Positions 38,194-47,561 of a stretch of 55,279 nucleotides of DNA are shown here, piece after piece. The notes under the pieces are model-generated. The model made no database searches and was not told where the DNA came from. It saw only the letters and a list, made by a program, of their open reading frames with translations. Source of the stretch: an uncultured Hyphomicrobiales bacterium (GTDB lineage: Bacteria > Pseudomonadota > Alphaproteobacteria > Rhizobiales > Beijerinckiaceae); contig CAISZN010000319.1 of NCBI GenBank assembly GCA_903889985.1, positions 1 to 55,279 of the forward strand, read 5' to 3'. Every line of letters starts with the position of its first letter. The first letter of the stretch is position 1. The position numbers were made by a program, and so were the translations under genes.

Positions 38194-39324
38194 CTATTCT
38201 GCAGGAATGAGCGAGCGGACAGGCGGCCTGAAAACATCAGGTCGCCTGAGTGCTTTACAGATATTTGACATGAAGCTGACTGCGCTCTCCCGGATACCAA
38301 AACCCGACGCATAGGTGCGACAGGCCGAGCGGTCGATGAACAGTGCTTCCAGTGCCGCGTGTCTCAGATCCGATGCGACAACACCGCAGCCAGAGTTTCC
38401 GAGGACTTCCCGAGGCCCCGTAACCGGATAGGCCGCCACAGGCGTGCCTGCCGCAAGAGCTTCCAGCATCACCAGACCAAAGGTGTCAGTCAGGCTCGGG
38501 AACACAAAAACATCGGCCGACGCATAGATTTGTGCAAGTTCACTTCCGGACTTCCGGCCGAGGAACACAACATCCGGAAATTCGCGTTGTAAGGCTGGCC
38601 GCGCTGGGCCGTCCCCAACAACAACCTTTGTTCCCGGAAGGTTGAGCCGAAGAAATGCACCGATATTTTTTTCCACAGCGACGCGACCCACAAACAGGAA
38701 TATTGGTCCGGGCCAACCAAGGGAGCTGCGCTCCGCCTGCAGGAACGGGGTGAGTTCGATTCCGCGACGCCAGATCAGGGTATTCCGGAACCCGTGTGTC
38801 TCCAATTCTTCGCGCAGCGTGGGTGTGGCCACCATGGTTGCCGCGGCAGCTGAATGAAACTGACGCAGGGCCGCATAACTCCACGCCAGAGGGACAGGCA
38901 GGCGCGCGGCGATATATTCCGGATATTTTGTATGATAGCAGGTGGTGAAAAGTCGTCTTTGGCGAATGCAGACCATTCGCGCCAGAAATCCCAGTGTCCC
39001 TTCGGTTGCAATATGAACAGCATCCGGCTGGAAACCATCGATCAGAGCCGCCAGTCGTGCGGGCGTTGTCAATGACAGCCTGATCTCCGGATAGCTTGGA
39101 AGTCCTACTGTTTTGAAAGGCTCCGGAGTAATGAATTTTGTTTCAACACCGAGGTTTGCAAGTTCGCTTTCAAGCATTTCGAGCGTTCGAACGACACCGT
39201 TGACCTGAGGCCTCCAGGCATCGGTGACGATCAACAAGCGCTTCGGGCACGCCGCCAACGTATCAGGCGCATCCTTTTGGTCGAAGGCTTCATGCGATAG
39301 GCGAGTCAAAAGCTTCGGGATCAT
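38194..39324 (-). CDS. GT4 glycosyltransferase (Agt-like diacylglycerol glucosyl/glucuronosyltransferase)
   Basis: TDAWRPQVNGVV, YPEIRL, HIATEG, YHT.YPEY, VGRVAVEKNI, FPSLTDTFGLV.LEA; ATG at 39324 after GAGGAG. Confidence 0.88.
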   Translation of the reverse strand: MIPKLLTRLSHEAFDQKDAPDTLAACPKRLLIVTDAWRPQVNGVVRTLEMLESELANLGVETKFITPEPFKTVGLPSYPEIRLSLTTPARLAALIDGFQPDAVHIATEGTLGFLARMVCIRQRRLFTTCYHTKYPEYIAARLPVPLAWSYAALRQFHSAAAATMVATPTLREELETHGFRNTLIWRRGIELTPFLQAERSSLGWPGPIFLFVGRVAVEKNIGAFLRLNLPGTKVVVGDGPARPALQREFPDVVFLGRKSGSELAQIYASADVFVFPSLTDTFGLVMLEALAAGTPVAAYPVTGPREVLGNSGCGVVASDLRHAALEALFIDRSACRTYASGFGIRESAVSFMSNICKALRRPDVFRPPVRSLIPAE

Positions 39325-39359
39325 GACCGGGCTCCTCGCTCCTTCCATCCCAGAGTCGG

Positions 39360-39398
39360 ACATCATTTCCATGACGGCGATTGTCACCGGCCCGTCAC
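39360..39398. promoter_or_regulatory. Pho box upstream of btaA plus a divergent half-site toward GT4
   Basis: Plus strand TTGTCAC-cggc-CCGTCAC (39381-39398) followed 10 bp later by TAGGTC; minus strand CCGTCAT at 39371-39377. Confidence 0.75.
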
Positions 39399-39456
39399 GC
39401 GAGTCGCCTAGGTCGCGTAGATCGCGGCATGGCCGCATCTAACAAGGGATTGCGCC

Positions 39457-40707
39457 GTGACCGACGTGACAGCCGGAGCCAGACGAGAGACGGCCGATGG
39501 CCTCAGCCGCGCCGTTCACAAAAACCGCATCCTGACGACTGAAGGTATTCGGGAGCGCCTTTTCACATTGGCATTCCGGGGGCTCGTCTATCCGCAGATT
39601 TGGGAAGATCCGGTCGTCGACCTTGATGCTCTTTGCCTGCGCCCCGTCGACCACGTGGTCGCTATTGCATCTGGCGGCTGCAACGCGATGAGCTATCTGG
39701 TGGGCAATCCCGCACGCATCACGGCGGTGGATTTGAACCATCATCACATCGCGCTCAATCGCCTCAAGGTTACTGCTGCTCAGACGCTGCGCAGTCACTC
39801 GGAGTTTTCAGAGTTTTTTGGTTGTGCCAACCGTCCAGTGAACGTGGATCGCTTCGATCACACAATCGCGCCGGCCCTCGACCACGCCACCCGCGAATAT
39901 TGGACGTCGCGGGATGGGCTGGGACGCAGGCGCATCTCGGCCTTCCGTCGTGGCTTCTATCACACCGGACTGCTCGGTCGCTTCATCGGCGCTGGCCACT
40001 TAGCCGCCCGGCTTCTGGGCGCTGACCTGACGGCGATGTTGAAGGCAAACTCGCTTGAAGAACAACGACAACTCTTCGAGCACTTTATCGCGCCCGCTTT
40101 CGACAACAAGATCCTGCGCTGGGTTTTGCGTCGTCCTGCCGCACTTTATGGCCTCGGCATCCCTCCAGCTCAATATTCGGCGCTTTCAAAGGATGATGAA
40201 AACGGCATCGCTGCCGTGTTGAAGAAGCGACTGGAGACTTTGGCCTGCAATTTTCCGCTGCAGGATAATTATTTTGCCTGGCAAGCCTTCGCCAGAGGCT
40301 ACGATATGGCGCCGAATGGATCACGGCCGCCCTATCTCGAAGAGCGCAATTTTGAACTGATCCGCGCCCGCGCAGAGCGGATCCATGTCCAGCACGGCTC
40401 CCTGACGGACTTCCTGGCAAGCTCAGCTGAACAGAGTGCTGACTGTTATGTGCTTCTTGATGCTCAGGACTGGATGGATGACAGCCAGCTGACCGCCCTC
40501 TGGTCCCAGATCACCAGGACAGCGCGTCCGGGTGCACGTGTGATCTTCAGGACAGCGGCAGACGAACGGCTTCTGCCCGGCCGCGTTCCCCACGCCATTC
40601 TCTCGCAATGGACCTACGAAGCTGATCGCAGCCGCGCCCTGCACAAGCGGGACAGGTCTTCGATTTACGGTGCCTTCCATTTATATCGGAAAGGCTTGCC
40701 TGCATGA
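39457..40707 (+). CDS. btaA: Betaine lipid (DGTS) synthase BtaA (DUF3419)
   Basis: LVYPQIWEDP.VD, IASGGCN, VDLN, NYFAWQAF, LLDAQDWM, FRTA, DRSSIYG.FH. Confidence 0.93.
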   Translation: MTDVTAGARRETADGLSRAVHKNRILTTEGIRERLFTLAFRGLVYPQIWEDPVVDLDALCLRPVDHVVAIASGGCNAMSYLVGNPARITAVDLNHHHIALNRLKVTAAQTLRSHSEFSEFFGCANRPVNVDRFDHTIAPALDHATREYWTSRDGLGRRRISAFRRGFYHTGLLGRFIGAGHLAARLLGADLTAMLKANSLEEQRQLFEHFIAPAFDNKILRWVLRRPAALYGLGIPPAQYSALSKDDENGIAAVLKKRLETLACNFPLQDNYFAWQAFARGYDMAPNGSRPPYLEERNFELIRARAERIHVQHGSLTDFLASSAEQSADCYVLLDAQDWMDDSQLTALWSQITRTARPGARVIFRTAADERLLPGRVPHAILSQWTYEADRSRALHKRDRSSIYGAFHLYRKGLPA

Positions 40708-41369
40708 CAGATACTGCTGCTCATATGGACTCAATCTACCGATTGCAGCGCCATATTTATGATCTCACGCGAAAGCCATACCTGCTTGGTCGGGACGTGA
40801 TGATCGATGGCCTTGCAGTGCCACCTGGCGGCTCTGTCCTTGAAATTGGTTGTGGTACCGCACGCAACCTTTTGAAAATTGCTGAGCATTACCCCCATGC
40901 GCGCTGCTTTGGACTTGATGTGTCGTCCGTCATGCTCGAGACGGCCGAGCAATCCATCAGGCGAAGCCAATTCGCTGATCGTGTGAGGGTCGCCAAGGCA
41001 GATGCCTGCGACTTCTCACCCTCGGTCTTATTCGGCGTCGAGCGCTTTGACCGGGTCGTCATTTCCTATGCGCTCTCAATGATCCCGGGCTGGGAACAGG
41101 TCCTCGACGCAGCCGCATCGCTGCTGACCGACACTGGCACCCTGCATGTGGTGGATTTTGGCGATCAGTCAGGTCTTCCAAACTGGTTTCGTCAGTTTCT
41201 ATACGCATGGCTCGCGCTGTTTTCTGTGACCCCACGAACCAATCTCATGGATCAGATGACACAAATTGCCAGCGTTCGCAGCCGGACCGCCGTCGGGCGC
41301 AAAATCTATCGCGGCTATGCAATCATTTCGGAGCTGAGGCCGCAGCCAAACCTTACCATCAGCGCTTGA
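40704..41369 (+). CDS. btaB: SAM-dependent methyltransferase BtaB
   Basis: MD.IYR.QRHIYDLTRK.YLLGRD, LEIGCGT.RNL, SYALSMIP.W, VVDFG; ATGA overlap with btaA. Confidence 0.93.
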   Translation: MTDTAAHMDSIYRLQRHIYDLTRKPYLLGRDVMIDGLAVPPGGSVLEIGCGTARNLLKIAEHYPHARCFGLDVSSVMLETAEQSIRRSQFADRVRVAKADACDFSPSVLFGVERFDRVVISYALSMIPGWEQVLDAAASLLTDTGTLHVVDFGDQSGLPNWFRQFLYAWLALFSVTPRTNLMDQMTQIASVRSRTAVGRKIYRGYAIISELRPQPNLTISA

Positions 41370-41419
41370 TCAGGATTGAAGCCTAACGCTTACAGCTCCC
41401 CGCCGCATAACCCAGCCCA

Positions 41420-41770
41420 TCAACGCCAAGGCGAATTGACGGCGACAGGCACGGCACCCGGCTGAAATCGCTTGATCAAGGGTGGATAGAGATCTGTCAG
41501 ATATCTGACGGCCCCCTCCTGCTGCAAAGTGGGCAAGGCAGCCCATGTTACCAGCAAGGTCCCGCGATCGGCATATCGTATCACTTCACGATCATTACGT
41601 TCGCGCGCCAGCTCCCGGGAAATACGTCCATTGCCAACGCAAACCACCCGGGCCTGGGATGCCTCAAACCAGATCATATAGATCCCATCGACCGTGATGC
41701 CGCCAACATTGAGTGCGGCCAGGGCGTTCCATTTGGGTCCATTGAAAGGCTTTGCCCAGTCCAACTGCAT
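41420..41770 (-). CDS. Small GIY-YIG-like protein, apparently degenerate
   Basis: GIYMIW...VVCVGNG pattern; 116 aa from the ATG at 41770. Confidence 0.55.
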   Translation of the reverse strand: MQLDWAKPFNGPKWNALAALNVGGITVDGIYMIWFEASQARVVCVGNGRISRELARERNDREVIRYADRGTLLVTWAALPTLQQEGAVRYLTDLYPPLIKRFQPGAVPVAVNSPWR

Positions 41771-42083
41771 GACCAGACCCCATCTTTTGCCAAGGGATAC
41801 GGTACCGCACGAGCCTGCCGCGAGGCTGATCCATTTGATCAAGCACCAGCGCCCCTGCTCCCTTTGGGTCCCCTTCGAACCAACCCTTTCCTAGTCTGGA
41901 AACTCTTGAGTTTCCGGTCGCGGAATCGTTACAAGGCATCGAAAGCACCTGCCCGGCATCAGGCGGGCCGCGTTGGGACATGGTCGATCCTGCGACTGGT
42001 TGACACCTTCTGTGGAAATCACGAATGTGTGCTGACATTGATAAAACGCGAGCGATTTCAGCTCGTTTCTCCTGGGAGGGGGC

Positions 42084-42491
42084 ATGTCCGATCAGACGGT
42101 CGAGTATTTTCCGACGACCCGGCCCTGGCGAGAGAAGGACGGCAGGCTGTCACTCATTGGCATGACCTGCGCACACTGCGGGACCAGAGCCTTCCCTGCC
42201 CGGGAAGTTTGCAGTGGTTGCGGCCGCGACGACCGCCTGGAGGAGGTGGAGCTCGACAGTGCCGGCACGCTTTATACTTTTTCTGAAGTTCACGTGGGAC
42301 CCAAAGGTTTCCCGACTCCCTACGTCATCGGATATGTCGACCTCGATGCCGGTGTTCGTGTGCTTGCTCAAATCAATGGAACAGCAGCCGACCTGAAAGT
42401 TGGAGAGCGCGTCACCGCCCACGTCGGCCCTATCCGCCAAAGAGGCGACGGAACGGACGTCATCAGCTATCGCTTTGGGAGGTCGGCATGA
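42084..42491 (+). CDS. DUF35/ChsH2 Zn-ribbon + OB-fold protein
   Basis: CAHC..x10..CSGC, G.LYTFS.VH, PYVIGYVDL..G; overlaps the thiolase start. Confidence 0.9.
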   Translation: MSDQTVEYFPTTRPWREKDGRLSLIGMTCAHCGTRAFPAREVCSGCGRDDRLEEVELDSAGTLYTFSEVHVGPKGFPTPYVIGYVDLDAGVRVLAQINGTAADLKVGERVTAHVGPIRQRGDGTDVISYRFGRSA

Positions 42492-43630
42492 GCGCTCAGG
42501 TCTACGTATCGGGCGTGGGCATGACTAAATTCGCGCGCATGCCCGACCGTCATTTTGAGGAAATCGGTCGCGAGGCAGTGCGCAAGGCCCTGGATGATGC
42601 CGGTGTTGAACGCGCTCGGATCGAGGAAGTCTTCTGCGGCAGCGCGCTGACAGGGCGCAGCATGGGGCAGCGCGTTCTGCGAGACTTTGGCATGACCGGG
42701 GTGCCTGTGACCAATGTGGAGAATGCCTGCTCGAGCGGGTCCACGGCGGTCCGTGAGGCGGCCACAGCCATTCGGGCCGGACGGTGCGACGTCGCCCTCG
42801 TTCTCGGGATCGATCAATTAACGCGCCTTGGCGGCGGCACCCTGCCCGGCGTCGAGACCGACATGGACCCCAATATTGGAATGGTCAATCCTGCGCTCTA
42901 TGCCATGCGGGCCCGGCGGTACCTGCATGAAACCGGTGGAACACGCGAGGATCTGGCCGAAGTTGCAGTGAAAGCCCATGCGGCCGGCAAGCACAACCCC
43001 TATGCGCAATATCGTAACGAGATCACGGTCGCAGATGTCATGGGTTCGCGCATGATCGCTGATCCGCTCAACCTATTCATGTGCTGCCCCACCGGGGATG
43101 GGGCTGCCGCCGCTGTGCTTATGAGCGAAAAGGCAGCCCGGGCACATGGAACAGCCACGATCCGGATTGTCGCCTCTGCCCTCCAATCCGGCCTCTACAA
43201 GACCGGCTTTCGGGACATGGTGCACAGCGAGCTGACCGAGCGCACAGCTGCAAAGGCCTATGAGGAAGCAGGGATCGGCCCCAAAGACATCAACATGGCG
43301 GAACTGCATGATGCCTTCGCCATCGCGGAACTCATGTATTACGAGGCCCTTGGTTTCTGCGGCGATGGCGAAGGCGTTGCGCTCCTCAGAAGCGGCCGCA
43401 CGCGCATTGGCGGCGACATCTGCGTCAATCCCAGCGGGGGCCTGCTATGCCGAGGGCATCCGATAGGCGCAACCGGGCTGGCCCAGATCTGCGAGGCCGT
43501 CTGGCATCTGCGCGGGCAAGCTGGTCCGCGGCAAGTGGAGGGAGCCAGGGTAGCCCTCACCCATTGCACGGGCGGAGGCATCAGCGGCCTCGACCACGGG
43601 TCCTGTGCCATCAATATCCTTGTGAGCTGA
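42488..43630 (+). CDS. SCP2/SCP-x-type thiolase family protein
   Basis: GVGMTKF, NVENACSSG, CCPTGDGAAA, ELHDAF, NPSGGL..GHPIGATG. Confidence 0.92.
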   Translation: MSAQVYVSGVGMTKFARMPDRHFEEIGREAVRKALDDAGVERARIEEVFCGSALTGRSMGQRVLRDFGMTGVPVTNVENACSSGSTAVREAATAIRAGRCDVALVLGIDQLTRLGGGTLPGVETDMDPNIGMVNPALYAMRARRYLHETGGTREDLAEVAVKAHAAGKHNPYAQYRNEITVADVMGSRMIADPLNLFMCCPTGDGAAAAVLMSEKAARAHGTATIRIVASALQSGLYKTGFRDMVHSELTERTAAKAYEEAGIGPKDINMAELHDAFAIAELMYYEALGFCGDGEGVALLRSGRTRIGGDICVNPSGGLLCRGHPIGATGLAQICEAVWHLRGQAGPRQVEGARVALTHCTGGGISGLDHGSCAINILVS

Positions 43631-43804
43631 AGGCCTCTGGCCAAGACTGTGCGGATTGAGGGTTCTCTTTGGTCGCCTTGTCACGAACATGGGTCCTAGA
43701 AGCCCGGATCATGGCGAGCCTGACCTTGGCCTTTACCTGCATTGTGCGGGCGACCTTGCTGTGCCAGTCTCCCTCAAAATCATAAGGAATCCGGGGAGGT
43801 CGCC

Positions 43805-45463
43805 ATGCAGAGGGTCCATCTGCCAGCAGCCATGGCTGCTCTTGCACTCACAGCTGGCCTTTCGGTAGCGGCAAATGCTGCCGATGGCCTAACAGGGCAC
43901 GTCAGCTCGCAGCAAGAAGGCCCGATGGAAGGCGTTGTCGTCAGTGCGCGCAGGGATGGCGCGACAGTCACGACCAGTGTCGTCACGGACAAAAAGGGCG
44001 CTTTTGCTTTTCCTGCTGATCGGCTTGTCCCCGGCCGCTACACATTATCGGCACGTGCCATTGGCTTTGAACTTTCCAAACCATCCGTCGCAAACGTCTC
44101 AACCAATACATCTGAAACAACTGACTTGAGACTTGAGCCAACCAGAGACCTCGCGGCGCAGCTGACAAATGCCGAATGGCTCAACAGCATCCCCGGTACG
44201 GACGAACAAAAGAAATTCCTGCTCAACTGCAATTCCTGCCATTCCCTCGAGCGGATCGTTAAATCGAAATATGATGCCGACGGCTTCCTCGGCATCTTCG
44301 ATCGCATGAGTGGATATTATCCAGGCAGCACACCGGAGCATCCACAACCGCTGACAGGAACGGCGCGTCGCGAAGGATTGGCAAGAGACGGAGACGCCAG
44401 AAAGACGGCCGAATGGCTGGCCACCATCAACCTGAGCAAGCAGGACACCTGGTCCTATCCGCTGAAAACGCTGCCACGCACGACGGATAAATCAAACCGC
44501 GTGATCATCACGGAATATGATCTGCCCAACAAGGCAATCCAACCTCACGATGTCGTACTCGATCAGGCAGGGACCGTCTGGTATTCAGATTTCGGCCAGA
44601 TGTACCTCGGACGCATGGATCCGAAGTCAGGCGAAGTGACACAATTCCCCATCCCGGAAACCAAGACGGGATTTCCAGTCGGCACCCTGGATCTTGAGAC
44701 TGACCAAAAAGACAATCTGTGGATTGGCGTGATGTATCAGGGCTCCATCGCCCGGTTCGATCGCACGACGGGGGCTTTCCGCCAGTGGTCAATCCCAAAG
44801 GAATGGGATTCAGACGCAGGTCAGCTCGGCCATCTCGCAACGACTGCGACCCATGTCGATAACAAGGTATGGATCAAGAATTCTGATGGTAACAATATCT
44901 ATCGCCTCGATCTGAGCACCGACAAAATTGAATCTCTGGGCTCATTCAAGGATCCCGCTACGGGACGGCGGATTGGCTCCTATGGGATCCATTCAGACTC
45001 GGCGAACAACCTTTATCTCCTGGACTATTCAGCCGGAAATATCGGCCGCATCGATGCAAAGACAAAGGCCTTCACCGTCTATGTCACACCCACTCCGAGA
45101 TCCCGACCAAGGCGTGGCCGTGTCGATGCCCAGGATCGACTTTGGTTTGCGGAATATGGCGCAGATGGCGTGGGAATGCTCGACCCGGTGAGTGGGAAGA
45201 TCACCGAATGGAAAATCCCAACGAAATGGAGCGCGCCCTATGATGCGATGGCAAGTCAGAACGGCAATGCCTGGGCGGGATCCATGCTGACGGATCGCGT
45301 TGCCCGCATCAATACGAAGACCGGTGAGGTGGTCGAATATCCCTTGCCGCGATCCACCAACATTCGCCGCGTCTTCGTTGATGATCGACGCCCGTCAGAC
45401 ACGCTTTGGGTGGGCAACAATCACGGGGCCTCAATCATCAAGGTAGAACCCCTGCCCGATTGA
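43805..45463 (+). CDS. Secreted protein: carboxypeptidase-regulatory-like domain + monoheme c domain + Vgb-like beta-propeller
   Basis: Signal peptide; G.V....GPMEGVVVSA, TD..G.F.FP; CNSCH; repeated blades (PHDV..D..G.VWY, G..DP.SG...EW). Confidence 0.8.
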   Translation: MQRVHLPAAMAALALTAGLSVAANAADGLTGHVSSQQEGPMEGVVVSARRDGATVTTSVVTDKKGAFAFPADRLVPGRYTLSARAIGFELSKPSVANVSTNTSETTDLRLEPTRDLAAQLTNAEWLNSIPGTDEQKKFLLNCNSCHSLERIVKSKYDADGFLGIFDRMSGYYPGSTPEHPQPLTGTARREGLARDGDARKTAEWLATINLSKQDTWSYPLKTLPRTTDKSNRVIITEYDLPNKAIQPHDVVLDQAGTVWYSDFGQMYLGRMDPKSGEVTQFPIPETKTGFPVGTLDLETDQKDNLWIGVMYQGSIARFDRTTGAFRQWSIPKEWDSDAGQLGHLATTATHVDNKVWIKNSDGNNIYRLDLSTDKIESLGSFKDPATGRRIGSYGIHSDSANNLYLLDYSAGNIGRIDAKTKAFTVYVTPTPRSRPRRGRVDAQDRLWFAEYGADGVGMLDPVSGKITEWKIPTKWSAPYDAMASQNGNAWAGSMLTDRVARINTKTGEVVEYPLPRSTNIRRVFVDDRRPSDTLWVGNNHGASIIKVEPLPD

Positions 45464-45686
45464 AATGAAGCCCAACGATAGATAAACGGCTGGAGCTGTC
45501 GCAAAACCTTGGAGTAGTGACTCACACCATCAGCTAAACTCCTTTTACGACTCGTTCCTTATCAATTCTTCTTTGCGGCCCGCTACCAAAACGCAATTAA
45601 AAATCGCATCATCAAGAAATGCTGCCTATCATCTACTCTGTAGAAGGAACTAATCAATCCAACAGGTACTTGGTAAAACTTTTCAC

Positions 45687-45704
45687 CCATATACATAAAT
45701 ATGG
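45687..45704. promoter_or_regulatory. Palindrome CCATAT-N6-ATATGG upstream of the VOC gene, candidate operator
   Basis: Lies in an AT-rich 275-bp intergenic region, about 35 bp before the ATG. Confidence 0.3.
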
Positions 45705-45737
45705 TGAGACAATGACAACTAAAGTCAGGAGAAAAAA

Positions 45738-46115
45738 ATGACAGACACACCGAAAATCAGGCATCTTGCGATCATCACGCTGGATCCGGAACGATTGGCG
45801 AAATATTACGAAAAGGTCTTTGGAATGACGCGTCTCACACGACCGTCCGAACGCCCAAAGCCTTCGAGCAAAGCTGTCTTCATGACGGATGGATACCTCA
45901 CCCTCGCATTGCTCGAGAACAAGGCTGAAGGTAAGGCACCCGGCTTAAACCATTTCGGCTTCCAGATTGACGATCAGGAGGATATTGCACGCAAACTTGC
46001 CGAGTTTTCACTCGCACCGACCAAGCGCCCTGATGATAGACCCTATGCCGAAACACGGACGACCGATCCCGACGGCAACAACATTGACCTGGCGGTTCGC
46101 GGCTTCGGCGCCTGA
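45738..46115 (+). CDS. VOC (glyoxalase/bleomycin resistance/extradiol dioxygenase) family protein
   Basis: IRHLAI, YY.KVFGM, TDGY.TLALL, GLNHFGF, DPDGN.IDL. Confidence 0.88.
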   Translation: MTDTPKIRHLAIITLDPERLAKYYEKVFGMTRLTRPSERPKPSSKAVFMTDGYLTLALLENKAEGKAPGLNHFGFQIDDQEDIARKLAEFSLAPTKRPDDRPYAETRTTDPDGNNIDLAVRGFGA

Positions 46116-46152
46116 AAAGACGCCAAATGCGCCGCCCAACAAGGAGCGCCTG

Positions 46153-47166
46153 ATGGGCCCTGCATTTCGTTTTCTGGCGGCCTGCATTACGCTGGCGAGC
46201 TGTTTCTCTTCAGCCCGCGCACAGGATACTGATTTCTATCGCGGTCGGCAGATCAAGGTCATCGTCAGCACGGTTGCAGGCGGTGACTATGACAATTGGA
46301 TGCGCCTTATTGCACGTCATTGGGCGAGACACATCCCTGGCGAACCCACTTTCATCATCCAGAACATGCCGGGTGCTGGTGGTATCGTCGCAGCGAATTC
46401 ATTCTACCATACGGCACCACGTGACGGCTCAACCATTGCTATGATTGGTCGGAACCTCCCCTTTCAGGCTTTGATGAAAGCCGAAGGTATTCGTTTTGAT
46501 CCTTCAAAATTCGTCTGGATCGGAAGCCCAGAACTGTCCGGGCGCATCTGCATTGCCTCTGAGACTGCGGCAGTCAGAACCGCGGAGGATCTCTTCACGA
46601 CCGAACTCATCGTCGGTGGTGCAGGAGCCGGAACTGCTGTCTCCACGACACCAAAACTTCTGGCCTCCTTGCTAGGCATGAAATTTCGCGTCGTAGAGGG
46701 CTATGGAAGCGCCAACGGGGCCCAACACGCCATGGAAAAGGGCGAAGTCAATGGCATTTGCCAAACTGTCAGTGCGCTTCGCTCCTTCCGGCCCGAATGG
46801 CTTGAAAGTGGAAAGCTCCGGGTCCTGTTTAATTTGGAGCGTGCTCCGATACCAGAGTTTGGAGCACCCTCGATCCTGAGTTTTGCCAAGACGGCTGAGC
46901 AGCGACAGATCCTCATGCTCTATTCCTCAAGTGTAGAGCTTGGACGACCGATCATCGCGCCTCCAGGCACCCCTACTGCGCGGATTGAGATCCTGCGAAA
47001 TAGCTTTGAGGCAACCCTGTCGGATCCCGCCTTTCTTGAAGAAGCGGCCCGACAAAAGTTCGACGTCTCCCTGGTTCGTGGCGATGACCTTCGGTCACTC
47101 GTTGAAGAGCTGACATCGACGCCGCCGGATGTCATCAAGCGAGTGGACGAACTCACACGAAACTAG
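46153..47166 (+). CDS. Bug/TctC-family substrate-binding protein
   Basis: ATG after AAGGAG; FYRGRQI, GGDYD, IPGEP...QNMPGAGG, APRDGS, AMEKGEV. Confidence 0.9.
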   Translation: MGPAFRFLAACITLASCFSSARAQDTDFYRGRQIKVIVSTVAGGDYDNWMRLIARHWARHIPGEPTFIIQNMPGAGGIVAANSFYHTAPRDGSTIAMIGRNLPFQALMKAEGIRFDPSKFVWIGSPELSGRICIASETAAVRTAEDLFTTELIVGGAGAGTAVSTTPKLLASLLGMKFRVVEGYGSANGAQHAMEKGEVNGICQTVSALRSFRPEWLESGKLRVLFNLERAPIPEFGAPSILSFAKTAEQRQILMLYSSSVELGRPIIAPPGTPTARIEILRNSFEATLSDPAFLEEAARQKFDVSLVRGDDLRSLVEELTSTPPDVIKRVDELTRN

Positions 47167-47473
47167 AAGACACAATAAAATATGACGAAAATATCCAAGG
47201 ACCCTACGAAAGACCTCGATTCTGCGACGTAAGCCCCAGAACGAGAATTCATTCTTGATGCTGCCGTCGAACGACCATTGTCAACCGCGACCAACAATCG
47301 ACGAACAAGCGCACCATATGATGTCATCATGATGATGCGGTCGTCGCGAATGAACCGGCAAGCTGAAAATGATTGAGAGAGCTTTGCAACTACGGGAAAT
47401 GAAACAAATTGAGTTCCAGAATTAAAGCATGACAAAAAAACACGTTTTGCCGAGGTAATCCACCTCCATTCAA

Positions 47474-47510
47474 GGAAAAGACCATCCCCAGCGCATGACG
47501 GGGATGGTCT
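47474..47510 (-). terminator. Intrinsic terminator after the HiPIP gene
   Basis: 11-bp perfect stem agaccatcccc/ggggatggtct followed by a T-run on the minus strand. Confidence 0.7.
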
Positions 47511-47561
47511 ATCAAAGGCGTCAGAGTTGCGACGAACCATCGTCTTTACAGGGTGCCGCAA

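Noticed and set aside
43677-43691. 15-bp exact match CTTGTCACGAACATG shared with 14077-14091
   Set aside because: A few 15-mer matches are expected by chance in 55 kb, and the second half-site is broken here
43727-43741. Sigma54-like TGGC...TGCA upstream of the heme-propeller gene
   Set aside because: GG-to-GC spacing is 9 rather than the required 10
47163-47561. 132-aa minus-strand ORF downstream of HiPIP
   Set aside because: Spans a terminator hairpin, has atypical composition and no motifs
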